DNA of 64,000 nt, taken from assembly GCA_964474835.1 (NCBI GenBank), contig CAYYUA010000002.1, positions 24,490 to 88,489 of the forward strand, in the 5' to 3' direction. Shown here in pieces: positions 19,154 through 28,956 of this stretch. The translations under genes and the position numbers were made by a program. Every line of letters starts with the position of its first letter. Position 1 is the stretch's first letter. The notes under the pieces were generated by a model. It was not told the origin of the DNA and made no database searches. It saw only the letters and a program-made list of their open reading frames with translations. The stretch comes from an uncultured Sphingobacteriales bacterium. GTDB taxonomy: Bacteria > Bacteroidota > Bacteroidia > CAILMK01 > CAYYUA01.

Positions 19154-20279
19154 CGGGCTCATCGGCCTGGCCGGAATTTGCTATGCAGGGCTGATTACCT
19201 GGTTTACGTATGGATGGCTAAGGCTATCCTATCCAAGCGACCAGGAGGTCCCGGAACCAAAAACCCTGTTTTTCAGTGTGATTATCCCAGCCCGGAATGA
19301 GGCGGGTGTGATAAATCAATTACTAAAAAGCCTCGACCAGCAGCACTTTTCGGCTGAAGGCTTTGAAGTCATTGTTGTGGATGATCATTCCACAGATACC
19401 ACTTTGAAAGAGGTCCAGGCAGCGCAGAAGCAGTATCCGGCTCTTCAGCTCAGGGTTCTGCAGGCACCGAACCCCCTGGATGCCGGTTTTGTCGCTTACA
19501 AGAAAGCTGCGATCCGGGCCGGCATCCGCGCAGCGCAGGGAAGCTGGATCGTTACCACAGACGCGGATTGCCAGCCGCCTTCAGCATGGCTATCCACGTT
19601 ATACCGGTACATTTACCGCTACCAGCCCTACCTGGTGTCAGGGCCCGTCTGCTACAGTCCGCAAAAAGGGCTGTTTGCCCGCTTACAGGCGCTGGAATTC
19701 ACAGCTTTGATCAGTATTGGCGCTGCCAGCCTGCGCCTGAACGCACCAAGCATGTGTAACGGGGCCAATCTGGCCTACAAGCGCTCGGTTTTCGAGGCCG
19801 TCCGCGGATTTGAGGGCGTGGATCAGATAGCTTCCGGGGATGATGAGTTGCTTATGCATAAAGTGCATCAGCGCTACCCGGGGCGCGTGCATTTTCTCAA
19901 GCACCAGGGTGCGATGGTCAAAACGGCCCCGCTTAGCACTCTGAAGGCGTTCGTGGGCCAGCGAAAGCGCTGGGCTTCCAAAGGTGCTTACTACCAAAGT
20001 AAGTGGCTGAGGGCGCTGACTGGCTTTGTAGGCCTCTATCACTTAATGCTGCTTATTGTTCCTTTTATGCCTTCTGGTCTGCCCCTTTACACGACTGCCA
20101 TGGGCTTTAAGTTAGTGCCCGAATTGCTATTTTTGGCAGTGGCCTCCTCATTTTTTGGCTCTGGCCGCGAACTGTTGCTTTATCCACCAGCTGCTTTGCT
20201 GTACCCGTTTTACGTAGTTGGAATCGGGATTTACAGCCAGTCCGGCGGGTATGTGTGGAAAGGAAGAAAGGTTAGGTAA
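19140..20279 (+). CDS. Membrane-bound family-2 glycosyltransferase (processive type)
   Basis: FSVIIPARNE, VIVVDDHSTD, TTDADC and the Q-x-x-RW-type motif GQRKRWAS, with an N-terminal TM helix and C-terminal TM helices. The track ORF starts at TTG 19029, 125 nt inside the previous gene. GTG 19140 (VTILNGLIG...) gives a 14-nt overlap and a sensible N-terminal TM helix. Confidence 0.8.
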   Translation: MTILNGLIGLAGICYAGLITWFTYGWLRLSYPSDQEVPEPKTLFFSVIIPARNEAGVINQLLKSLDQQHFSAEGFEVIVVDDHSTDTTLKEVQAAQKQYPALQLRVLQAPNPLDAGFVAYKKAAIRAGIRAAQGSWIVTTDADCQPPSAWLSTLYRYIYRYQPYLVSGPVCYSPQKGLFARLQALEFTALISIGAASLRLNAPSMCNGANLAYKRSVFEAVRGFEGVDQIASGDDELLMHKVHQRYPGRVHFLKHQGAMVKTAPLSTLKAFVGQRKRWASKGAYYQSKWLRALTGFVGLYHLMLLIVPFMPSGLPLYTTAMGFKLVPELLFLAVASSFFGSGRELLLYPPAALLYPFYVVGIGIYSQSGGYVWKGRKVR

Positions 20280-20552
20280 ATGCCACAGCTTGAGTTTGAT
20301 ATCCTGAGTAAGCTATACTTCATAGAAGCGTTTGACCGGCTGCTGGAAGAAGTGAATGCTTCGCCCAATGAAATCAGGGATGGGCTGCGCAACCTCCTCG
20401 GGCGGCAATATGTAGCAGCTTTTGTTTTTGACTTCCGGCATAACCGCTTTGAGCAGACGGCCGTCTATGATACCGATAGCCTGGAGGAATACTTCTTCGG
20501 AGCGACCCAGAAGGGTATAAAACTGCACAGTGAAGGAGCGGCAGATGCCTGA
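20280..20552 (+). CDS. Hypothetical 90-aa protein
   Basis: The ATG immediately follows the GT2 stop (TAA-ATG), and the stop overlaps the next gene's start (ATGCCTGA). There is no TM helix and no recognisable motif. Coding status is inferred from the tight coupling and length. Confidence 0.5.
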   Translation: MPQLEFDILSKLYFIEAFDRLLEEVNASPNEIRDGLRNLLGRQYVAAFVFDFRHNRFEQTAVYDTDSLEEYFFGATQKGIKLHSEGAADA

Positions 20553-21765
20553 GCAGCGGCAGCAACAGCAGCGTTCTCCTAATTCGCTGGCCTGGGAGCG
20601 GTTTAAGCAGAACAAGCTAAGCCTGGGCGGGCTTGTGCTGATCGCCTTAGCGGTCATTACCGCCCTTGTAGGGCCGCTGATTGTACCGGATAGCTCCCGG
20701 AACGCCAATAACATCATGCTGCCGGTTGAAATGAAAAAGCCTGGTTTTTCTGTGGCAATCCTGAAGCAATACAAGGATGGCACCCCACCGGCTAATCCTC
20801 TCTGGAAAGTGCTGTGGCAGGGCAAAACCCTGCCTTATGAATCCACACCAATATCACAATGGCAGATCCAGGAAGACGAGCTGCATTACAAGCGGTACAC
20901 AGGTCAGGATACCGGTTCTGCTAAAGCAAGGCAGGTGAAGCTTGCTAAGGCAGCTTTTCACTTGTCACCCGAAAACCCTGATTACCAGTTCACTGGAGAG
21001 ACTGTCAGCTTCAGGGATTACAAGGGGCAAACGCAGGAAGTAGCCCTGCGCGAGCTACAGCGGCAAGTGCGGGCCCGTTGCCTCGGAGAACGGACCTTCT
21101 GGCTGGGAACTGACCGCTTTGGGCGGGATATGCTCAGCCGTTTGATCCTGGGCACGCGGGTCTCGTTGAGTGTGGGTATCATTGCTGTTGGCATCTCATT
21201 GGTGATCGGCCTGCTGATCGGGGCAGTCGGGGGTTTCTTCCGCGGATGGATCGATGAGCTCGTGCAGTGGCTGATCAATGTAGTATGGTCAATCCCTACA
21301 TTGCTGCTGGTTATTTCCCTCAGTCTGGCTCTGGGAAAGGGTATTATTCAGGTATTCATTGCCGTTGGGCTTACCATGTGGGTTGAGGTAGCCCGTGTGG
21401 TGCGGGGGCAGGTGATCAGTCTCCGGGAAGCCGGTTATGTTGAGGCTGGCCGGGCGCTGGGCATGCGCGTTCCGCGTATCATCTTTCGCCACATTCTGCC
21501 CAACATCCTGGGGCCGGTTATCGTGATCTCAGCTGCTAACTTTGCCACAGCTATCCTTCTGGAAGCCGGCCTGAGCTTTCTGGGGATCGGAGTGCAGCCG
21601 CCAACCCCTGCCTGGGGGTATATGATCAATGATCACCGCAGCTTTATCATTCTGGACTCTGCCTACCTGGCTATCCTTCCGGGTATTGCGATCATGCTGA
21701 TGGTAATGGCCTTCTATCTGGTGGGGAATGGCCTCAGGGATGCCCTGGATGTAAAGCTGGACTAA
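20545..21765 (+). CDS. ABC transporter permease, OppC/DppC-like, with a large periplasmic insert
   Basis: A TM1 helix is followed by a ~150-aa extracytoplasmic segment, then GTDRFGRDMLSRL and the BPD_transp_1 core (EAGRALGM...RHILPN, i.e. EAA loop). An alternative GTG start lies at 20530. Confidence 0.85.
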   Translation: MPEQRQQQQRSPNSLAWERFKQNKLSLGGLVLIALAVITALVGPLIVPDSSRNANNIMLPVEMKKPGFSVAILKQYKDGTPPANPLWKVLWQGKTLPYESTPISQWQIQEDELHYKRYTGQDTGSAKARQVKLAKAAFHLSPENPDYQFTGETVSFRDYKGQTQEVALRELQRQVRARCLGERTFWLGTDRFGRDMLSRLILGTRVSLSVGIIAVGISLVIGLLIGAVGGFFRGWIDELVQWLINVVWSIPTLLLVISLSLALGKGIIQVFIAVGLTMWVEVARVVRGQVISLREAGYVEAGRALGMRVPRIIFRHILPNILGPVIVISAANFATAILLEAGLSFLGIGVQPPTPAWGYMINDHRSFIILDSAYLAILPGIAIMLMVMAFYLVGNGLRDALDVKLD

Positions 21766-21815
21766 GCGCTGTTTCCTGTCACCAGATCTAACTACCTATC
21801 TATACCAATTCAGTT

Positions 21816-22925
21816 ATGCAGATTGTGCTCCTTGAGCCTTTCTATACAGGCTCCCATAAAGCCTGGGCGCAGCAACTGGCCCAGCACAGCCGGCATACCA
21901 TCACGATCCTCAGTATGGAAGGGCGCTACTGGAAATGGCGAATGCACGGAGCTGCGATCACCCTTGCTGAGCAATACCGGAGACTTTTCATTAGCCCGGA
22001 TCTGATCCTGGCTACTGATATGCTGGACCTCTCCTCTTTCCTGGGCCTGACACGCGATGTGACCGCATCTGTACCTGTGGCCCTCTACTTTCACGAAAAC
22101 CAGATGGTGTATCCAGTGAGTAAAAGCGCGGGAAGGAACAATGAATGGCGCCACTATGCCTTTATCAATTACATCTCAGCGCTAACAGCCGATAAGGTGT
22201 TTTTCAACAGCTCGTATAACCTTGAGACTTTTCATCGTGAGGCTTACGAATTGCTAAAATCACACCGTGACCATAATGAACTGGAAACCATTCATACCAT
22301 CAGCCGGAAGAGTGAAGTGCTGCCCCTGGGACTGAACCTGCAGGCTTTCGATAAGTACATTGAGCAAACCCGGGATTCTGATCCAGCTCCGCTGGTCATC
22401 TGGAATCACCGTTGGGAACACGATAAGGATCCGGATACCTTTACCAGGCTTTTGCTCAGGCTGTATGAGGAGGGTTATGTATTCCGGGTGGCCTTAATGG
22501 GTGAAGTTCCGTATGGTACCCCAAAAGCATTCGAGGAGTTAAGGGCGACTTTAGGAGAGCGGATAGTCCATTTTGGTTATGCTGAGGACTTTGCAACCTA
22601 CGCCAGTTTGCTGGCAAAGGGGGACTTGCTGCCTGTAACCTCAGATCAGGACTTTTTTGGCGGCAGCACGGTAGAGGCTATTTATTGTGGCTGCTACCCG
22701 CTATTACCCAATCAGTTAGCCTATCCAGAGCATTTGCCCCGGGGAGAAACCGAGGTCCTTTACCACTCCTACGAGGAATTGATCGATAAGATGAGAAAGG
22801 CGATGGATCAGGTAAGTCAGCTTCGTAAGAAGAACCGGCAACACTGGGTGGCGCAGTACGACTGGCACTTTATGAGCCGCCAATATGATGATAAGCTGGA
22901 GCAGCTAGCCAAAGGTGAATGGTAA
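21816..22925 (+). CDS. DUF3524 + GT1-domain glycosyltransferase (GTDC1-like)
   Basis: 369 aa. The blocks LLEPFYTGSHKAW, YFHENQMVYP, FFNSSYNLETF, WNHRWEHDKDPDTF and EAIYCGCYPLLPNQLAYPE closely match, from memory, the conserved blocks of animal GTDC1. Confidence 0.8.
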   Translation: MQIVLLEPFYTGSHKAWAQQLAQHSRHTITILSMEGRYWKWRMHGAAITLAEQYRRLFISPDLILATDMLDLSSFLGLTRDVTASVPVALYFHENQMVYPVSKSAGRNNEWRHYAFINYISALTADKVFFNSSYNLETFHREAYELLKSHRDHNELETIHTISRKSEVLPLGLNLQAFDKYIEQTRDSDPAPLVIWNHRWEHDKDPDTFTRLLLRLYEEGYVFRVALMGEVPYGTPKAFEELRATLGERIVHFGYAEDFATYASLLAKGDLLPVTSDQDFFGGSTVEAIYCGCYPLLPNQLAYPEHLPRGETEVLYHSYEELIDKMRKAMDQVSQLRKKNRQHWVAQYDWHFMSRQYDDKLEQLAKGEW

Positions 22926-22953
22926 AGCCCATTACTGACAGCAAAGCCGTCAA

Positions 22954-22989
22954 TAAAAAAGCCCCGGCGAAGTGATCACCGGGGCTTTT
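22954..22989. terminator. Bidirectional rho-independent terminator between the convergent GTDC1-like gene and groEL
   Basis: AAAAAA-GCCCCGG-cgaagtgatca-CCGGGGC-TTTT. A GC-rich 7-bp stem is flanked by an A-tract and a T-tract. Confidence 0.8.
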
Positions 22990-23015
22990 ATCAGGTAACA
23001 GGAGAGGGCAGGCAA

Positions 23016-24671
<1,656 letters not shown>

Positions 24672-24718
24672 TCAAATTTTTTTGTTTTAAGATTGCTTAA
24701 TCAATAAAGCTGCTACAG

Positions 24719-24997
24719 TTACTGGATAACACCCAGAATGTCCGACTCTCTCATGATCAAATACTCATCCCCATCCACTGTAATCTCTGTACCGGCATAC
24801 TTTCCGTAAAGGACATTGTCACCGGATTGTACGGTTGTTGGCTCATCCTTCTTACCCGGTCCTACAGCCACAACTTCTCCCTTTTGAGGCTTTTCCTGGG
24901 CAGTATCGGGAATAATAATACCACTTTGGGTTTTTTCTTCAGCTTCAGCCTGCTTGATAATAACGCGATCGGCCAAAGGTTTGATGTTTACCGCCAT
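24719..24997 (-). CDS. groES: Co-chaperonin GroES
   Basis: 92 aa reading [11 protein letters not shown]...[23 protein letters not shown], immediately upstream of groEL. Confidence 0.98.
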   Translation of the reverse strand: MAVNIKPLADRVIIKQAEAEEKTQSGIIIPDTAQEKPQKGEVVAVGPGKKDEPTTVQSGDNVLYGKYAGTEITVDGDEYLIMRESDILGVIQ

Positions 24998-25225
24998 TGT
25001 TCATCGGTTTTTTAATGTTTGACAAATTCTTTTCAACCGCTTTGTGACACAATGTGTGCCAATTACGAATAGCGTCAATTTTTCATTTAACTGGCAGAAG
25101 AAGGGTGGTCATTTTGGCAGGTCAGGCATCAATGCTGTAATAGCCCCATAATGCCGCGGCATATGTGCCGTTAGGTAAATGAGAGGTTGTATATTGGTTG
25201 GTGAGGTAAAAAGAAGGCACGCGCA

Positions 25226-25960
25226 ATGGACACGAACAAGCAAAAACTTGACGCAGACTGGTTTCTGAGAGGGAGACTGGACCCGGAGTACAAGAAGTAC
25301 GTCCTGCTGGCATATCTAAAGCAGGCTGAGGAGGCATTCGCTCACAATGAGCTCTATCCGCACCTTTCAGAGCTGGTATTCCACTACCGGAACCTTAAGC
25401 AGTTTATTGACCGGAAGCAGGGAGTGAGCGAGCAGTTTCCGGAAGAGCTGGTAAACATTGATATGAAACGCCTGCAGCTTCATTACCGGAAAGTGATCCA
25501 GGATGACGCACTAATGAAGCGGCTTGAGGCAATTGTTAATAGCTCGCTATTGGTTCTCGAACCATACCTGGAGGAGGGAAAGGCCATTTTCGACTTTATA
25601 GAGCAACAGGTGGCCTTCAAGCAAGTCGGTATGCTATCGGTGAATCCCAGCTATGGTTACCTGTTTATTCAAAACGGAGCGAACGGGGATACACAGGTAT
25701 TCTACTACAAAATAGAGCAGGTAGCCGGAGAGCAGGAGCACTTCAAGGGCTTAAGAACTAGCTACCTGACGGCATTTAAGCGGAAGCTGACCAATACGTA
25801 TGAGAGCATCAAAAAGGACCTGCTACACACCTACGAAAGCTGGACCAATCCGGCCAGCTACGCTATTGAGTCACATTATGCTTTTCCACTGGAAGCCAGT
25901 TTACTCCCGATCGGCAAGCGCCTGCTCTTGAAGCACTTCAAGCAATCCAGAGGGGCGTAG
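25226..25960 (+). CDS. Hypothetical protein (244 aa, soluble, no recognised domain)
   Basis: Long ORF with ordinary composition, divergent from groES. I can name no motif. Confidence 0.6.
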   Translation: MDTNKQKLDADWFLRGRLDPEYKKYVLLAYLKQAEEAFAHNELYPHLSELVFHYRNLKQFIDRKQGVSEQFPEELVNIDMKRLQLHYRKVIQDDALMKRLEAIVNSSLLVLEPYLEEGKAIFDFIEQQVAFKQVGMLSVNPSYGYLFIQNGANGDTQVFYYKIEQVAGEQEHFKGLRTSYLTAFKRKLTNTYESIKKDLLHTYESWTNPASYAIESHYAFPLEASLLPIGKRLLLKHFKQSRGA

Positions 25961-25977
25961 TAGATACGCCCAACCGG

Positions 25978-26409
25978 TTAGTTGCCCTCAGGCTGCTGGC
26001 CCTGTGGGCTTTGTGGTAGGCCTTGTTGCCCACCTTCACCTTGTTGGCCGTTCTGGGATGGCTGACCCCCCTGTTGCTGACCGCCTTGCTGCTGGGGGAC
26101 AGGGGTTCTGCCTGAGCCGGGTTGCATATTTTCAATCTCATCCTTAAGGCGTGATTGATCCTGTTGCCCCGTGCCGCCCCGTTGGGGCAGAAAGAAATTG
26201 GTGAAAATAACCAGGACCATGATCCCCACCGCTACAATCCAGGTGGTTTTTTCCAGGAAATTGGTAGTCTGCTTTACACCCATAACGTTGCTGGCCATAC
26301 CACCGCCAAAGGCTGAGGATAACCCGCCTCCCTTGGGATTCTGAGCCAGAACGATCATAATAAGAACAGCGCACGCAATTAGTATGAGGACTAACAGAAG
26401 AATTAGCAT
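25978..26409 (-). CDS. secG: Preprotein translocase subunit SecG with a Q/G-rich C-terminal extension
   Basis: The N-terminal 75 aa (LIACAVLIMIVLAQNPKGGGLSSAFGGG...TTWIVAVGIMVLVIFTNFF) form the two-TM SecG fold. They are followed by ~65 aa of Q/G/P low-complexity sequence. Confidence 0.88.
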   Translation of the reverse strand: MLILLLVLILIACAVLIMIVLAQNPKGGGLSSAFGGGMASNVMGVKQTTNFLEKTTWIVAVGIMVLVIFTNFFLPQRGGTGQQDQSRLKDEIENMQPGSGRTPVPQQQGGQQQGGQPSQNGQQGEGGQQGLPQSPQGQQPEGN

Positions 26410-26437
26410 AGCAGGATAGTTAACGTATTAGCGGGCA

Positions 26438-27145
26438 TTAGCGGTTATGGTGTTTCAGGTTTTCAGCCTGCTCTACAAAGTAATTGAAATTCTGGGGATG
26501 CTGCAACGACAGCTTCTCGTAAATCTCCACCGCCTTTTTTAACTCTCCCCGGGCCTCCAGCACCCTGGCATTGGCTTCGGTCAGTTCTGGCTGCTGTCCA
26601 TCTGCCGATTGATCATCCTCAGTAGCTGAGCGTTGTGATGTTTCCTCGCCTGCGGGGCGCTTGCGGTTAAACAGGCCGTGATCATAGTTCGTGAGGAAAG
26701 CGTCCAGGATAGCCCGTTCAGAGCTCTGGGGCTGATTATCAGCGTTGGCTTCAGCGGTTGGCTGCTCGGTATCCCTGCTTTCTTCCTGTTGCTGTAAGCT
26801 GCCAAGAATGCTGTCAGGCGTTAGGGTTGGCGCAGATTGCTGAATAAGCTGGTCGAGCTCGTGTAGCTCCTGTCTATTGCTCAGGGCGTGGGCTTGCTGC
26901 TCGTGCAAGAGCCTGTAAAGCTGAGCCCGGTCGTTGATGTTAAGGGCAATCGTGCTCAGTGCCTGGTCAAAGCGATCGGGTTTCTGGTGATAATACGCAA
27001 TGCCCAGAAGCAGATGAGCCGACTGGAAGTAGGGATACTGCTGGATAAGCTGGATTAAGGAGCGGGTGTCATTGAGTTCTGAGGCTTGCTCAGGATCCGC
27101 TATGTACTGAAGAAACGATGCCTGATCGGTCGGCTTACCAGTCAT
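26438..27145 (-). CDS. Hypothetical protein, possibly TPR-like at both ends
   Basis: 235 aa. The N-terminus (YPYFQSAHLLLGIAYYHQ) and C-terminus (ANARVLEARGELKKAVEIYEKL) look TPR-like, with an acidic, low-complexity middle. Its start overlaps the end of the lptE-like gene by 11 nt. Confidence 0.55.
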   Translation of the reverse strand: MTGKPTDQASFLQYIADPEQASELNDTRSLIQLIQQYPYFQSAHLLLGIAYYHQKPDRFDQALSTIALNINDRAQLYRLLHEQQAHALSNRQELHELDQLIQQSAPTLTPDSILGSLQQQEESRDTEQPTAEANADNQPQSSERAILDAFLTNYDHGLFNRKRPAGEETSQRSATEDDQSADGQQPELTEANARVLEARGELKKAVEIYEKLSLQHPQNFNYFVEQAENLKHHNR

Positions 27146-27656
27146 TGATGGATTCGTTGAAAATATTCTGAATGATGTTATCGGTAATTTCCTCTACTAG
27201 CTCATCCTCTACCTGACTAAGGGATTCGCTCTGATCAAAGGTTCTATTGCTGCTGAACAGCTGATCAAAGCTGCTTTTCTGGTCAACCTTATTCTGGTAC
27301 TGAGTTTTGATGCCAATGCTCAGCTCGGATTTAGAGGCCTGCTGCCCACGCTGTACCACTTCGGCTGATACATTGTAGCGCTCTATTGTGCCGGAGAATA
27401 CAATATCCCCGCCTTGTTCGACCAGCTCAAGGTTGGTGTCCTGCAGGAGCTTTTGCCTGAGCTTTTGGGTAAAAAGCTGGCTGAGTTCCGGATTAACCAG
27501 ATCGGCATTATTGGGAAAACGCTGGACTGTCACGGTTTCCACTTCAGGAGAAAGGGCAGCCCCTGAAAAGCTGTATACCCCGCAACCCTGCATTACACCT
27601 GCCAGCAGCACCAAGCTTATGAAACTGAACAGATAAGGCCTGAGCATCCTGAGCAT
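27135..27656 (-). CDS. LptE-like outer-membrane lipoprotein
   Basis: 173 aa with a lipoprotein signal and lipobox (LLAGVMQGC). Its size and pattern (VTVQRFPNNA..., FSGTIERY) fit the Bacteroidota LptE family. Confidence 0.6.
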   Translation of the reverse strand: MLRMLRPYLFSFISLVLLAGVMQGCGVYSFSGAALSPEVETVTVQRFPNNADLVNPELSQLFTQKLRQKLLQDTNLELVEQGGDIVFSGTIERYNVSAEVVQRGQQASKSELSIGIKTQYQNKVDQKSSFDQLFSSNRTFDQSESLSQVEDELVEEITDNIIQNIFNESINDW

Positions 27657-27661
27657 AGCAG

Positions 27662-28936
27662 CTAAAGGTCTTCCAGGTTGTACTCCTTGAGCTTGCGATA
27701 GAGCGTACGTTCAGAGATACCGAGCTCCCGGGCTGCCACCTTTCGTTTTCCCTGGTATTTAGCAAGCGCCTTTTTGATCATCTCTTTTTCCTGCTCCTGC
27801 AGGGAGAGGGTTTCGCTGTTGTTACCACTTTGCTCTGCCTGTTGAGCAGCATAGGGAACGTTGGAACCCTCAGGTATATTGACGGCATCCGGTGCAGGGG
27901 TATCGCTGGCAGCCTGCAATAGCTTCTGCCCGGCGGGGCTCCATCCTTCATTCTGAAAATCCGGTGTTTGAGCTGTCGCTGAAGGAAATGACTTGAAAAA
28001 CTCCTGCATGAGCTTCTTTAGTTCCGAAACATCACTCTTGAGGTCAAACAGGATCTTGTACAGAATCTCCCGCTCTTCGTTGCTTTGGAAGCCGCCCTCT
28101 TGCTGGCCAGTGTTTTCCACGCGTTCTACCTCGGTTGTCTGTTCGGCTGGCATGTAGGACCGGATGGTAGAGGCATCAATGGTCCGGTCAGCTTCCAGGA
28201 CTGATATTTCCTCCACAAAGTTCTTCAGCTGGCGGATATTCCCCGGCCACGAGTAATTCTGCATCTCTTGCTCGGCCTCTGGCGTCAGTTCGATCGGAGG
28301 GATGCTATGCTTATCGGCAAAGTCATTGGCGAACTTAGCAAAAAGCATCATGGTGTCTTCCTTTCGCTCCTGCAGGCTGGGAACCTGTATTTCGACTGTA
28401 CTTAACCGGTAGTACAGATCCTCCCGGAATTTATTCTGCTTTAAGCTTTCCACCAGGTTCTTATTGGTAGCTGCTATAATACGGACATCGGTCTTTTGCA
28501 CCTTGGAAGAGCCGACCTTCAGGAACTCACCGGTCTCAAGGATGCGTAGTAACCGCGCTTGTGTTCCCAGCGGCAGCTCCCCTACTTCATCGAGGAAGAT
28601 GGTGCCGCCGTTTACCGTTTCAAAGTAGCCTTTGCGGGTATCCACAGCGCTGGTGAAGGCCCCTTTTTCATGGCCGAAAAGCTCAGAATCAATTGTGCCT
28701 TCCGGAATAGCCCCGCAGTTGACCGCAATAAATTTGTTGTGCCTGCGCTTACTCATGGAATGGATAACCTGAGAGAAAGCTTCTTTTCCCACCCCGCTCT
28801 CTCCGGTGATGAGGACGGAAAGGTCAGTCGGGGCCACTTTCATAGCCCGCTCAATCGCCCCGTTCAGCAAGAGGCTGGTTCCGACAATCCCAAAGCGCTG
28901 TTTGGTCTGCTCGATCTTATCTTTCGAAATGCTCAT
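27662..28936 (-). CDS. Sigma-54-dependent transcriptional activator (AAA+ plus Fis-type HTH, no sensor domain)
   Basis: Walker A GESGVGKE, Walker B GTIFLDEVGEL, ELFGHEKGAFTSA (a GAFTGA variant), the R-finger region RLSTVEIQVPSLQERKED and a C-terminal HTH AARELGISERTLYRKLKEY. The AAA+ domain begins within ~15 aa of the N-terminus. Confidence 0.9.
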   Translation of the reverse strand: MSISKDKIEQTKQRFGIVGTSLLLNGAIERAMKVAPTDLSVLITGESGVGKEAFSQVIHSMSKRRHNKFIAVNCGAIPEGTIDSELFGHEKGAFTSAVDTRKGYFETVNGGTIFLDEVGELPLGTQARLLRILETGEFLKVGSSKVQKTDVRIIAATNKNLVESLKQNKFREDLYYRLSTVEIQVPSLQERKEDTMMLFAKFANDFADKHSIPPIELTPEAEQEMQNYSWPGNIRQLKNFVEEISVLEADRTIDASTIRSYMPAEQTTEVERVENTGQQEGGFQSNEEREILYKILFDLKSDVSELKKLMQEFFKSFPSATAQTPDFQNEGWSPAGQKLLQAASDTPAPDAVNIPEGSNVPYAAQQAEQSGNNSETLSLQEQEKEMIKKALAKYQGKRKVAARELGISERTLYRKLKEYNLEDL

Positions 28937-28956
28937 AGCTTTGAAAAGTGCCTCAA

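Noticed and set aside
25044-25062. Sigma-54-like promoter upstream of groES (minus strand TTGGCACACATTGTGTCAC), tempting because a sigma-54 activator is encoded nearby.
   Set aside because: The -24 TGGCAC is present, but the -12 element reads TTGT rather than TTGC. It also lies 3 nt, not 5 nt, after TGGCAC, so both the spacing and the invariant GC fail.
25985-26150. Repetitive-looking CTG/TTG/CCC-rich DNA suggestive of a tandem repeat.
   Set aside because: It is the reverse strand of Gln/Gly/Pro codons in the SecG tail. This is coding low complexity with no fixed repeat unit.
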